Source: a virus
DNA: 64,000 bases
Direction: 5' to 3' (one strand)
Virus record (IMG/VR): IMGVR_UViG_3300048593_000672
Coordinates: 10,688 to 74,687 of that record
How positions within the stretch are numbered: the stretch's first letter is position 1; every line of letters starts with the position of its first letter. Below are positions 9,101 to 19,078 of this stretch, in pieces. Below the pieces are notes generated by a model that was given only the letters and a program-made list of their open reading frames with translations, had not been told where the DNA came from and did no database searches. The translations under genes were made by a program, and so were the position numbers.

Positions 9101-12100
9101 TTTGCGCTGGTACTTGTAGTTGATACGATGTTTTAACTTGCTTTGGTGCAGCAAGATTTAATCTCATCCCCCCGCCATACTTGCCCATCAGCCCGTTTAG
9201 TCCATTAACATCCCCAGGTGCGTAGTATTTAGTTGGTTGTACGACCGCACTTGGCTGACCAATCGGGACTGAGAACGGGACTCGTTCAACTACCGACTCA
9301 CCGTAGCGGGGATCGATATTAATACCAGCAGAGGGATTGTATGAGAGAGGGGCGGCTGGCAGTGAAGGGAGCTTGTTTTGATAGCCGCTATTGGGAGCTT
9401 CTTTCGTAATCCGGGTTATGATTTGCTCTAGCTCACGCCCTAACTTAATAGATGACGACTCCATCTGCATCATCATTGACCTAAACTGTTCATTGAGCCG
9501 GATGATGCTACGAGTGCGTTCCTCTTCGGCCCGCAGTTGTTTCTCCTGTTCATCCCGAATGCGCCGGAGAGTCGTCACATACTCTTGGCCAACCTGACGT
9601 TGTTTCTCATCAAGCGATCGCCCTTCCCCTTCCAAATTGCCGATATTCGCGAGGAAGTCAACAAAGATACTGGCAGTCTTTTTACCAATACTGTCGGGTT
9701 GGAAGCTGATGGATTCAACAGCCAGCGTAGCCTTAGCTTGTCTCAGTTTCTCGCTGGTGCTTTTAAGTTCATTCTGAGCGGCCAATAGTTGACCTTCCAA
9801 ATCAAACTGTAAATCAGCCCAAGCCTCCTGCAAACCGCGAGTCTCGATAAAGGCATTACGGGCTGAATCCTGCACAGACCAGCCAAAGTCACGGACTTGT
9901 TGTTGCCAACCAATCTCAGTCTCTAGCACAGAGCGGTTAAAGTCCTCTACCGATTGACCCAAGCCCCGATAATACTCTTCAGTGTTCTGTCCCGACTGCA
10001 TCACTGCAAACTCAGCTTTAGCTACAGCTTCATTAGCACTTGCTAGTTGTTTAGCTAACTCTACTGGGTCTTGGGAGTTATCCTTAAACAGTGCTTTAAC
10101 ATCTCTTAACTGACGTTTAGCTGTAGCCAAGTCATTGTAAGCAGAAAAAGCTTGAATATCTTGAGTGCCAATTTTGCCCTTACTAGCAGCTTGATACATC
10201 TCAATATTCGTGTTGCTAGCCGCAATCTGGGTGTTAGCTTGACGGATAGCATTGAGTCGTTGTTGCTGTAGCTTTTCAAGATCAATTTGAGCTTGTAAAA
10301 CTTTGCCCTCTAACTCATTCGCTTGCTGGTATTTTTCTTTAAACTTAATAGATTGCTCTAAGAAAGTTTTTAGTCCCCCGCTAATACCATCCCCAGATTC
10401 AACCAACGCCTTCATTGTCTCCACGCTGGTATTCATGATCATGTCTAGGGGGTCTTTATATTTCTCCCCACCACGACCTCGTAACTCAAGCCGGTTCATT
10501 GCATCCTGAGCGACACTTGGCTCTAGTCCATTTAAAGCAAAACCTTTAAATGTTTCAGCATCTTGTTTAACAGGCAATAATTCCCGTTTGGCAGTAGTTA
10601 AGTTATCTAAAGCTTGCTGGCGTTGTAAATCAATATCATCAAGTTTTTGATTAAGCCGAGCTTCAAGTAATTGATTATTACGACGACTTGCTAACCCCTG
10701 ATTGTATTCAGCGATATTAGCACCAGCAGAAGAAACTAATTGACTAGCTCCTTGTAAACCAGGAATCTTTTGGTTGATAGAACCAGTGTGCATTCTGATT
10801 GCTTCTAGCCTGACGTTGGTATCAGACATTAGCTTGGCAATGACTTCTAGCTTTGCCTCACGTGCTTGAGCGTCGGGATTCTTTTTGACTGTCTCCCTCA
10901 TAGCCTCATAAGCTTTATTCATCTGCTCTAAAGCAATCTGATTGCCAAAAGTTTCATTGACGGCTTTTTCTCGATCCCCCACCTTTACTGCCAACTCAGC
11001 ACTAAGGTTTTTAAACTCCTCACGGTTGTTACCACCCAATTTACTGTTATTAGCTAAACGAGTTCTGATAACAGCAATCTCTCGATCTAGCTGAGAAATA
11101 TCAGCTTTACCTTTTGCAAGGTTTTGGGGATTAGCGTAATTTGCATCCGCCTGTTCGATCAGTCTTTTGCCATAGCTAATACCCCTGTCAACTTGCTTGA
11201 GGTCTTCCATCAAATCCCGCCGATCATCCTTATCCATGCGAACGGATTTGTAGATATTGCCTTTTTCGTCTCGGTAGTCAATAACGATGTTATTTATGCC
11301 ACTATTTGGCGCACTTGGATCAAAGCCAAATGGATGGGTGTAGTTATTTAGAACACCACCAAAAACTCGTTGGGCAAAGTCGCCAACTCCAGTGATAGGT
11401 GTTGGATTGCTGCCACCAAGTCTTGTGTAAGTTGGATCATTTCGATCAACCTTATTGGGGTCTTTCATCTTGCCAGTCAACGTATTAGTAGCTTCCAGAT
11501 TATTAATCATCTGCTCTAATTCATCGTTAGTCTTTTTCAATTCCCCGTGATAGGACTGCCAAATTTTAGTTCCTTTATCAATCGCAAATCCAATAGCAGC
11601 AAAAGCAATTAGTTGGGGGGCGATCGCATATAAAGCACTTCCGATACCAGAAAGCGCACCAGCTGTAGCAGCTAAACCCCTTACCGCCACATTGCTAGAC
11701 GATCCACTGATAACCAGGTTCGTGTTTAGTTTGGCTAGTCCAGTATTTAAGCCATTGAGTATCCAGTTATTAGTCATAAACTCAAGCCCCAAAACCTTGA
11801 GCGCAATCGTTACAACTCTTGAGGCTGTTCCCGTATCCAGTAAAGCAAAGACAAATTTAGCCCCAAGCATCGTTACTAAAAGTCCCAGACTCGCCGTTAA
11901 TCCCGTCGCTACACTGTTAAGCGCATTCATCCCACCAACAGCTATATCCATTGCTGGCTTGCCAACTCCCAAGATTGTTTCTCCCATCCGACCCTGTAGT
12001 TTTTCCTGGGCGTTCTGGAATCGGGCGATACTACCGAGCGGCCCTTCCTTCACCGTATTAATCGGTAATGTTGCTTCGTAGGCTAGTTGTTTGGCCAAGG

Positions 12101-15100
12101 GTTGCAAGTCTGTTTCGGGAAACATCTTGCTATTTTTCATCTGGTTGGTTAACTGTTCATGGGTTAATCCCTGGGAACGAGCCATAGCCCCGATAGCTTG
12201 GGGTAGTACCTCCGCAAGCTGCGAACGTAGTTCCTCGGCCATTATTTCGCCTTTTCCGATCATCTGAACTACACTGAGGAACGCCCGTTGCTGTTCATCG
12301 GGCGTTGCACCCTGACCAACCAACGCAGCCGAGAACCCTTCAAAGATTTCTTGTACCTGGGGCGCAACGGTGGTGTTGGCGGCGGCGACTGTTAACTTAG
12401 TGAATGACTGAGCAGCAACCAACGCATTAGCTCCAATCTCATCAGCGTATTGGGCGATCTCCTTTAATTTACTGGCTGCATTAATGCTTGAGTCGTAAGT
12501 TAAAGCCGCTTTCATCCGTTCCAATTGCAGGGCGGTATCAATACCAGTGCGGGCAAAATCAACGAGCACCTGTTCGACCTGCTGAAAGCCCATGTACATC
12601 AACAGCCCACCAGCAAAGCCTTTGATGTTTTCAATGATGCGGGCAAGACCAGGCATTTTTTCTTCTAATGCCCCCATGATCCGACCTAAGCCACGAATGC
12701 CAGCACCAGCGGCACCGGCCCCCGCTTCAATTTCATCAAGAATGTTGTTAAACCATTCCCAAAATCCCTTATCGGCATTTTGAGGTGCTTGAGCAATCCC
12801 CGCAACCATATTGTTAGCACGACTATTAATAAAGTCTTTGGCATTATCGCCCATGCGCCGAGGTGCTAAATCATCAACAGTTAAACCACGACGAGGCGGC
12901 ACTGGATTGGGAGAAGCACCAGCAGGGGGAATAGGTGGTTTGCGGGGGGGTTGTCCATTGCCACCACCAACAGGAACGTGATTATAAAGTCCAGCCGCCA
13001 TAATGCGATTGGCTTCTGCAATTTGCCAGGCCTGACCTGTTAGGGGAGTAGAATCTCTCACTGGTCTTGTTGCACTTGTCTGTTGCTGTTGAATTTCCGA
13101 AACCCACAATTGAAGAGCATCACCCCATACGTCATCACCATGTAGCGGGGGGGACTGACTTGCAATCACCCTATTATTAGGAGGTAATGGTGGAGGGACA
13201 ATTCCTCTCGCTGGTGTTTGTGCCTCGGATAGAGGAGGTAGCGGTAGAAGATTAGATACCCTGTCTTGTGCAACAACAGCATTTAATTCTTTTTCATAAA
13301 TAAAGGAAACAGCCCTTTTATAACCAGTACTGTTAATATCCCTCCCGATATTGATGTTTTTAATATCGCGAAGATACAAGTTTTTAAGACCTAAAGCCTC
13401 TTCTTTGTAATTCTCAATATTTTTCCAACCCTCTTTTTCTAATTGGGGAACTGGCAAATCAAGCATCTCAATTGATTGGATAGCACCATCAATACCAATC
13501 TTGTAGCCTAAGACTAAATTCTCACCAATCTTGATAAAGACTTTACTGGGCGATTTTTCCCCCAGAACATCCATCGCGGTTGTGATAAGTTTTTTGCTGG
13601 TGTTGGCGATCGCAGCAATCGGCTCACCCTCCGAACCAGTAATACCAGCCGTCAGACCTTTATTGATGTTTAGACCGACTCGTTCCATCTTTCCATAATT
13701 TTCATCCCCTTCCATCTCTTTAAAGCCATATCCGGCCCAAAGCCTTTCGCTACGAGCATCTATTGGGGATGTACGAATTGTGTTGGAGCCGACTACACTA
13801 AACAATTCTTGCATCCACAAATCAAGTTGTTTGCGAAGGGCTGCACGAATAGCGGGGTCTTTAGTTGGTTTAAAATCTCCATTAACCATTAGATCGGATA
13901 GATACCAACCCATAGTCTTTGACACATAAGCGTGTAGATCTAGCTTTTGCCCTTCAACTACTGCACTTCTAGTAAACCTAGTTCCTACTTCGGGGGGTTG
14001 AATTTGACTGTCTTTTGTTGTCAACTCTATTCTTGGCATAGAGGATTCAATTGACAGCTTTTTGTTGATGTCAAGGCTGGCTTTTTTACCTGTAGCAATG
14101 ATTTTATCAAGATAAGAAAGTATATTTTTCCTGACAGAATCAAAGGGTAATGTATCTGTGTCAGAAGCATTTGGCAGCATACTCTCTGCCTCTAGAAATG
14201 CTTGTTTTGCTGGACTATCTTCAGTTTTGTTTACGACTCTTCTTTGAAAGCTTGAGTGATTAAAATCTTTAACGATACTACTGACATTCGCATCTTCCGC
14301 AAGTCCATAGTCAATCGCTCTTAGCTGCCCTTGTTTATCTATTAAAATATTGCCACCATGTAAGTCATTGTGTGCAATACCATTTTCTATTAAAGACTTT
14401 TTGAGTCGAATAACTTCTTTAAAGAAAGACTCTGGATACTTCCCGCCATCAGAAATATTATAAGCATCATTGGCAGTTTGCCCCCGAATCAGTTCCATTG
14501 CAATCGCAGCGTCACTAGAGCTATATCGCTTTGATCCCAAAACCCTTGGGCCAAGTCCAAGCTCTCCGGCCCTTCGAGATAGTTCTATTTCCTTGTCTGT
14601 TATTTGTCCATGTTTTAAGGCATATCCTCCCATATCATAGACAGTTCCATAAAGACCTTCCCCCAGTGTTTTTATCCCAGGAATAGTCTTAAATTCCCAT
14701 TTATGATCATATAATTCCTGTTCTGTAGGGATATTTATGGCACTTTCGTTTTTTTGTATCGGCTGCTTTGTTACTGTCCTTTGTTTGATACTATCCAAAG
14801 CAGCTTTATTCCCACCACCCCATTCATAATAAGTTTCAAGTGTCTCAGCTAAGTTGTCTGCAAAATTATGACCAAATTGCTTAGATTGGGCAAGTTCTCT
14901 TTTAACAATGCTTTCAATATCGCCAATAATCGCCGCCATTTCTTTCGGCACTTTCTGAGCAACTTGGCTAAAGTCTAAGCCTTGATCTAGTCCAGCAACA
15001 ATGTCTTGACCAATCTCTTTAAATACCAGCGAGGGAGAATTACTTTTGAGCGTCTTTTTACTACTAGTAATCATTTCCCGCAACATTTCAATCGTTGCGT

Positions 15101-18100
15101 CTTTCGGCAAATGACCCCGTTCCTGTAATGCTAATAAAATGCCATCAGGAATAGCGACACCCATCCCATGCGCTTTTTTGAGGATGTCTTTTGGATCAAC
15201 AAACTGGTCAAATTGACCTTTCCAACCGCCCAATATTTTGTTAGTTGAAACAAGACTACCTTTGCTGCTTAATGCTTGGTCTGGCAGCCCTCCCAAAGAT
15301 TGTTTTTCTGCAATAAAGTTTTTAGAGTAGTTGGCTATACTACTAATACGTTCAACGTCAATAATGTCATTAATGATCCTAATTTGATCGTTAATATTTT
15401 TGCGATTAGTTTTTAATGAATCAATTAACTGCTTAAGCTTAACTTCTGGCGAGTCTTCCCTTGCTGGTGCTAGTGCGTAAGCATCCCCACGACTGGGAGG
15501 TAGGGGTGATAAAACTGTCGTTGCAGGGGGTAGGGCATTCGTTTCTTTTGCCAGTAATTCAGCGTAAACGTGCTCAACTGGGCGGGGCATTAATCTGGGC
15601 AGGCTAGTTATAGCTTTGTTGCCAAAATTGCCGATTCCCGTTAACAGGTTGTAGGTCTTATCCTCAACAGCACTAGGCAATAATGCCAGTGGTTTTGCTA
15701 CTTGATTTAATGCAAATTGTCCTACTCCACTCGCGGTCCGACCACTCAGCAGATAAGTCAATATAGTTCCAGCCCCACCCAATGCAGCCGTTCCCGCATC
15801 ACCAATTCCAGAGCCTAAAGCCCCCATTCCTGGAATACGACTCAACCAACTAGCAGCAGTCGCGGCCCCACTCGTTAATCCTTCAGGCAATAATCCCGCA
15901 ATTCCACTACCGACAGCCCCAATTCCATGACTCAATAACGGTGTGACAACCCCGCTAGAGATAGCGTCCATTCCCGCCCCTAACAAAGGTAGATCGTGTC
16001 CCGCCATGCCTAAGGCGATCGCGGGGGAAATAGCTTGAGTTACCTTCTTAGCAGCTTGAAGATTTACTAATCCAAGGCTTACGACCTGAACAGTATCAAA
16101 AGCATATTTTTCTATTCCCTTAGCCACTCCGTAATGCTGTGATGCAATAGTGCCTAGCGATCGCATCATCTTGTTAAACAAGCTGACTTCTGGGGAAGCC
16201 AAAGCACCAGCAGGGGAAATGTCATTGGCTGGCTGTTGATCGTTTACGCCTGGGGGATTTACTTCAGAGGGATTACCACCACGACCAACCATATCCCGAT
16301 GAAAAGCAGCAAGTTCTCGATAAAGCATCTCTAAATACTTTTCGGCACCGCTTAAATTGCTTTCGCTGGTATTAGTAAAAGCTGACTCGACAGGGTTATT
16401 ATTTTCCGTTGCTGGTGTTTGGGACTCTACGGGATTATTTGCTTTTTCTGTTACGGTACGCGAAAGATTAGGCAACTCTCCAATCATTCTGACAAGCAAC
16501 GATGGGTCGGATGGGTTTCTAATGCTTTCGTCAGATGGGAGTCCGAGCGTATTTATTCTGGTAGCTCCAACGCCCTGCGATTGAAAAATGCCAGATAAAG
16601 AAAATTCATCGGTAGGAAAGATGGGAATATTTGCTTTTGTCTCTTCAGAAAGATTGCCTTTATTAGCAACAAACTCATCCATGACCGATTGCAAATACTC
16701 ATACATTTTGACAATTTGATCTTGATAAATACCAAATTGACTACCCTTCTCTTTAAACCACTTAATTGTTTCATGAGATAATTGCCGATTCAATCCTTTT
16801 ACAGCTTCAGGGTTTAAGTCCCTCGCAAAATAACCAGCAAGAGAAGAATCGCCTGACTTGAAAGCAGCCAAGTCTTGATTGGTTTGTTTTGCCTCTTCTT
16901 GATATTTTAAATAGCCGCCTAAGTCACTAGGGTTTTCAGGCATTTTAACGCCAACATCAGAAAGTCGTTTTGCTAATTCAACTTCTATTTCTTTGAAATA
17001 TTGGTTTATCAGGTCGTGTAACGCCTTACCACCAGTTCTTGTCAGTGTTACAGTCGCCGCACCATGCTCAAAAAAGCGAGTAATCAGTGATTCAACGTCA
17101 AAATTACCCCCCGCACTTTGACTTGTCTTAAAGCCTTTAAATGGAGAATTAAGGTCAAATTCACCTGTTTTCATCAATGATTTTAATTGTTCCCCAATCC
17201 CTATCAACTCATATAAATTACCCGTTGATTCCGCTATTCCCGCTTCTGTCTTTCGATTTAATCCAGTAGGACGTTCACTACCAATCGCATTGTAAAAAAT
17301 AGGGGGAAACGCAGGTTCCTTAAATAAATGTTTCCAGTCGTGAGCATCCGTCCCAGAAAGTCCTATTGTGTTTAAGAATGAAGCACCTGGCGCATTAAAT
17401 CCCCTCCCCAAACCAAGTCTATTACCAAATGTTAGGGGGTCGCCTTTAAGAATTGCTGATTGATAATTTTGGGGGATAACACCAGACAAGCCCAGTGTCG
17501 GATAAGACATTGCCAACGTATTTGTTTGCAAGCCCATGTATTGAGCAGTTCTGGCGTAAGACATTGCATCCATCCCGCCAGACATTGAATAGCCAACAAA
17601 ACGACCTTCTTTCCCCTGACTGTTAGCTGCTAAAGTATTTGCTAATGCTTGAGTTGCCGCTATCGATGTTGCCATTGGATTAATGGCAAATAACGCTTGT
17701 CTTGCCACATTCATTACCGTATTGGCAACATCCTTATCCCCCATCAGATCGGGGAGAATGGTCGAAAGTCCCTTCTTTATTAGTTCTTCTGCTGGTCTTT
17801 TTTCGCCTGGCAACGGTGCATCTGAGTTGGGATTTTCGACAGGAATAAAGCGAACGTTAGGAGCAAAAGGTTCAAGGGCCATTGCTATTTGACGACCACC
17901 TTGACCCCCCGCAAATTGACCTCCACCCCCTACACTTACTGCGCCACTGTAATTTTGTAAGTCAGGAAAATTGCCTTTTATTTGATCGTAAAGCTGCTGA
18001 GCTTGTTTGCTAGTTCGATAAGTCTGAATGCCTTGAATTAGCTTTAATAGTGGTTGAAATTCCGCAATAATGGGATTAATAACATTGTCAACTATCCCTT

Positions 18101-19076
18101 TTGGTTGGGCTAAATCTAGAAACTTATCTAGAGTCTGTAATTTAGAAGTTGTCCCCATTGAAGCTAAAGGACGATTTTCTATCGTGGCATAAATCTTTTT
18201 AAGCTCATTATCGCTTTGGATTATTTGATCGATAGCGGCAGCATTTGCTTGAGTCGCAATATCTCTCAGCTTATAGATTCGCTCCAAAGACTTTGCAATT
18301 CCTGATCGCGGTTTTGCGGCTTCTGTTGCTTTTTTAAAATCACCAGTGTCTAATAATTCTCCTAAAAAAGTCTCAAAATAATTATCGGTTCCCACTACAA
18401 AGTTATTAAAAGCTCTTACACCAGCTTTTACTTTTGCCGACGACTCTCTAACGCCACTCGTTGCAAATTCCCCCGCTAAAGTTCGACCAATTTCTTCAGC
18501 AAAACCAGTAGCAATTTTATTGACTGCTTGCCCTGCAATATTCATTGGAATGCGAATTGGCGCAGAAACTACATCAAAAGCAAAGCCAGCGATTTTAGAT
18601 AAAACTCCACCTGGCCGCAAGTGTGCAACTTCTTTAATAACGTCCCGAAAATCCTGATCTAACTGCTTACCGAGTCCCCTAATTTCACTTGCCAAAAGAC
18701 TATCTTGCCTTAAGCTATCAACAGAAATTTGATGCCGAATCGTCCCACTAAACGATCCCCCCGCCATCATGTCATTTTTAAGCACCCCCAACTCCCGCCG
18801 AAACTCCCGAACCTGATTAATACCAGCAGAGAGGGAAGTAGGGTCGTAAAGCGACTTAATGGGGATTGATGCTTCTTTCCGCAGTTCCCCAATATGCTTA
18901 ATTTTTTTGTCAATTAAATCGTTGAGTCCATGCAGTTGTTTGGTGTCAACGGGAATGGCGATCGCAGACTGACGCTTAAGTTTGCCCAGTTCATTGTCAA
19001 CTTGATACATCCGGCGATTGAAGTTATCAATCCGAGCGTCAATGTCAATATAGATCTGACCGCCATCAACTGCCAT
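6174..19076 (-). CDS. Giant tape measure protein (4300 aa) with hydrolase-like, kinase-like, GNAT-like and GH73 domains
   Basis: Follows tail chaperones; tape domain QMIGKGEIMAEELRSQLAE; SPS repeats; FADGG/FAKGG C-terminal motifs; enzyme motifs in findings. Confidence 0.93.
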   Translation of the reverse strand: MAVDGGQIYIDIDARIDNFNRRMYQVDNELGKLKRQSAIAIPVDTKQLHGLNDLIDKKIKHIGELRKEASIPIKSLYDPTSLSAGINQVREFRRELGVLKNDMMAGGSFSGTIRHQISVDSLRQDSLLASEIRGLGKQLDQDFRDVIKEVAHLRPGGVLSKIAGFAFDVVSAPIRIPMNIAGQAVNKIATGFAEEIGRTLAGEFATSGVRESSAKVKAGVRAFNNFVVGTDNYFETFLGELLDTGDFKKATEAAKPRSGIAKSLERIYKLRDIATQANAAAIDQIIQSDNELKKIYATIENRPLASMGTTSKLQTLDKFLDLAQPKGIVDNVINPIIAEFQPLLKLIQGIQTYRTSKQAQQLYDQIKGNFPDLQNYSGAVSVGGGGQFAGGQGGRQIAMALEPFAPNVRFIPVENPNSDAPLPGEKRPAEELIKKGLSTILPDLMGDKDVANTVMNVARQALFAINPMATSIAATQALANTLAANSQGKEGRFVGYSMSGGMDAMSYARTAQYMGLQTNTLAMSYPTLGLSGVIPQNYQSAILKGDPLTFGNRLGLGRGFNAPGASFLNTIGLSGTDAHDWKHLFKEPAFPPIFYNAIGSERPTGLNRKTEAGIAESTGNLYELIGIGEQLKSLMKTGEFDLNSPFKGFKTSQSAGGNFDVESLITRFFEHGAATVTLTRTGGKALHDLINQYFKEIEVELAKRLSDVGVKMPENPSDLGGYLKYQEEAKQTNQDLAAFKSGDSSLAGYFARDLNPEAVKGLNRQLSHETIKWFKEKGSQFGIYQDQIVKMYEYLQSVMDEFVANKGNLSEETKANIPIFPTDEFSLSGIFQSQGVGATRINTLGLPSDESIRNPSDPSLLVRMIGELPNLSRTVTEKANNPVESQTPATENNNPVESAFTNTSESNLSGAEKYLEMLYRELAAFHRDMVGRGGNPSEVNPPGVNDQQPANDISPAGALASPEVSLFNKMMRSLGTIASQHYGVAKGIEKYAFDTVQVVSLGLVNLQAAKKVTQAISPAIALGMAGHDLPLLGAGMDAISSGVVTPLLSHGIGAVGSGIAGLLPEGLTSGAATAASWLSRIPGMGALGSGIGDAGTAALGGAGTILTYLLSGRTASGVGQFALNQVAKPLALLPSAVEDKTYNLLTGIGNFGNKAITSLPRLMPRPVEHVYAELLAKETNALPPATTVLSPLPPSRGDAYALAPAREDSPEVKLKQLIDSLKTNRKNINDQIRIINDIIDVERISSIANYSKNFIAEKQSLGGLPDQALSSKGSLVSTNKILGGWKGQFDQFVDPKDILKKAHGMGVAIPDGILLALQERGHLPKDATIEMLREMITSSKKTLKSNSPSLVFKEIGQDIVAGLDQGLDFSQVAQKVPKEMAAIIGDIESIVKRELAQSKQFGHNFADNLAETLETYYEWGGGNKAALDSIKQRTVTKQPIQKNESAINIPTEQELYDHKWEFKTIPGIKTLGEGLYGTVYDMGGYALKHGQITDKEIELSRRAGELGLGPRVLGSKRYSSSDAAIAMELIRGQTANDAYNISDGGKYPESFFKEVIRLKKSLIENGIAHNDLHGGNILIDKQGQLRAIDYGLAEDANVSSIVKDFNHSSFQRRVVNKTEDSPAKQAFLEAESMLPNASDTDTLPFDSVRKNILSYLDKIIATGKKASLDINKKLSIESSMPRIELTTKDSQIQPPEVGTRFTRSAVVEGQKLDLHAYVSKTMGWYLSDLMVNGDFKPTKDPAIRAALRKQLDLWMQELFSVVGSNTIRTSPIDARSERLWAGYGFKEMEGDENYGKMERVGLNINKGLTAGITGSEGEPIAAIANTSKKLITTAMDVLGEKSPSKVFIKIGENLVLGYKIGIDGAIQSIEMLDLPVPQLEKEGWKNIENYKEEALGLKNLYLRDIKNINIGRDINSTGYKRAVSFIYEKELNAVVAQDRVSNLLPLPPLSEAQTPARGIVPPPLPPNNRVIASQSPPLHGDDVWGDALQLWVSEIQQQQTSATRPVRDSTPLTGQAWQIAEANRIMAAGLYNHVPVGGGNGQPPRKPPIPPAGASPNPVPPRRGLTVDDLAPRRMGDNAKDFINSRANNMVAGIAQAPQNADKGFWEWFNNILDEIEAGAGAAGAGIRGLGRIMGALEEKMPGLARIIENIKGFAGGLLMYMGFQQVEQVLVDFARTGIDTALQLERMKAALTYDSSINAASKLKEIAQYADEIGANALVAAQSFTKLTVAAANTTVAPQVQEIFEGFSAALVGQGATPDEQQRAFLSVVQMIGKGEIMAEELRSQLAEVLPQAIGAMARSQGLTHEQLTNQMKNSKMFPETDLQPLAKQLAYEATLPINTVKEGPLGSIARFQNAQEKLQGRMGETILGVGKPAMDIAVGGMNALNSVATGLTASLGLLVTMLGAKFVFALLDTGTASRVVTIALKVLGLEFMTNNWILNGLNTGLAKLNTNLVISGSSSNVAVRGLAATAGALSGIGSALYAIAPQLIAFAAIGFAIDKGTKIWQSYHGELKKTNDELEQMINNLEATNTLTGKMKDPNKVDRNDPTYTRLGGSNPTPITGVGDFAQRVFGGVLNNYTHPFGFDPSAPNSGINNIVIDYRDEKGNIYKSVRMDKDDRRDLMEDLKQVDRGISYGKRLIEQADANYANPQNLAKGKADISQLDREIAVIRTRLANNSKLGGNNREEFKNLSAELAVKVGDREKAVNETFGNQIALEQMNKAYEAMRETVKKNPDAQAREAKLEVIAKLMSDTNVRLEAIRMHTGSINQKIPGLQGASQLVSSAGANIAEYNQGLASRRNNQLLEARLNQKLDDIDLQRQQALDNLTTAKRELLPVKQDAETFKGFALNGLEPSVAQDAMNRLELRGRGGEKYKDPLDMIMNTSVETMKALVESGDGISGGLKTFLEQSIKFKEKYQQANELEGKVLQAQIDLEKLQQQRLNAIRQANTQIAASNTNIEMYQAASKGKIGTQDIQAFSAYNDLATAKRQLRDVKALFKDNSQDPVELAKQLASANEAVAKAEFAVMQSGQNTEEYYRGLGQSVEDFNRSVLETEIGWQQQVRDFGWSVQDSARNAFIETRGLQEAWADLQFDLEGQLLAAQNELKSTSEKLRQAKATLAVESISFQPDSIGKKTASIFVDFLANIGNLEGEGRSLDEKQRQVGQEYVTTLRRIRDEQEKQLRAEEERTRSIIRLNEQFRSMMMQMESSSIKLGRELEQIITRITKEAPNSGYQNKLPSLPAAPLSYNPSAGINIDPRYGESVVERVPFSVPIGQPSAVVQPTKYYAPGDVNGLNGLMGKYGGGMRLNLAAPKQVKTSYQLQVPAQNILTAPAQAATTQSMGWEKNLARLLNQYGSQMTVEDFKNAATKSGVSIDALVTQAFIESHFGTKGRGKFTKNPLNYGNDDAGNNKHFKTYGQGLEYAAIKLKKDFFFSTPEDFINRDFKGRYGRYATDPAYGSKYLKSLSRVRGILYNQMRSAAPKEWLVADASEGISDMGSAIFQTNATTAARAKRIEQEKARKRQAELNDPNNISRKPLEDIIKYQKELYPEAFKLDEFYESKGIKFIDRMSSKDWKKRTEAIAKQFKESQARVDAAKGIGSSNANVNPNIKKYQTLPGYQPSQLEPQVDMNGGNVLPNVQSPFITKYQPRAINDYSGLQQITDQNPITVQDTSSLTNTAGQINDVKNATIGVNRAVLDLQGNLEVVKFNNAFQQQLQSLQDMALNLSRKVEDNNIKYRELAINSKGYKTAADEINLAVEGVSVQFRQMNRDFDDELRNLGRQMDDAYIGAAVAAQALADKQAELTKAGRQATTQELQAMSVYQSNLKLYTDSIPIMQARREEIDRQSKAMAALEEPTKRATEAWLRLDKIMASKQGYAKIQADLYKTRYDVGAQNDWGMGTLIDPSAIINARMQAAQARVDLEKQIRDGAYSPQQASEMRRFQAEISELNIKRSFVDAIPGLKEFSSGLRSAILESKGLGESLNKVKDLVLGMMLEQLAIKPFQNAIAEWVGPMLGLDNKEFYPHVITRLGERGASIAANNIVPFDLSNTLTTGQALPDTIDLSSAFTSLTESTTNTSQAMDNIFLAGITSTDPAMAGFILGLTEATTALSAFAGALTVSGGGSFINAGSDIFGNLFNAGNASAGQSIADSLSGGFTGMISHAFNFADGGPVDPLKIDNYAGGGLVEGISQAMNRERSQSGGKRPILAVLNADEYVISANEASDYRNYKDWSERMAKDVKNFAKGGPVSYIPNTTQTNTSEGTVNNFNQTIKIEVANTNDLGKSMSQIERDRQLAKLRAGVR

Positions 19077-19078
19077 AA

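Noticed and set aside
6679-17892. Many short ORFs inside the tape measure and other long genes
   Set aside because: Antisense or alternate-frame shadows without RBS or motifs
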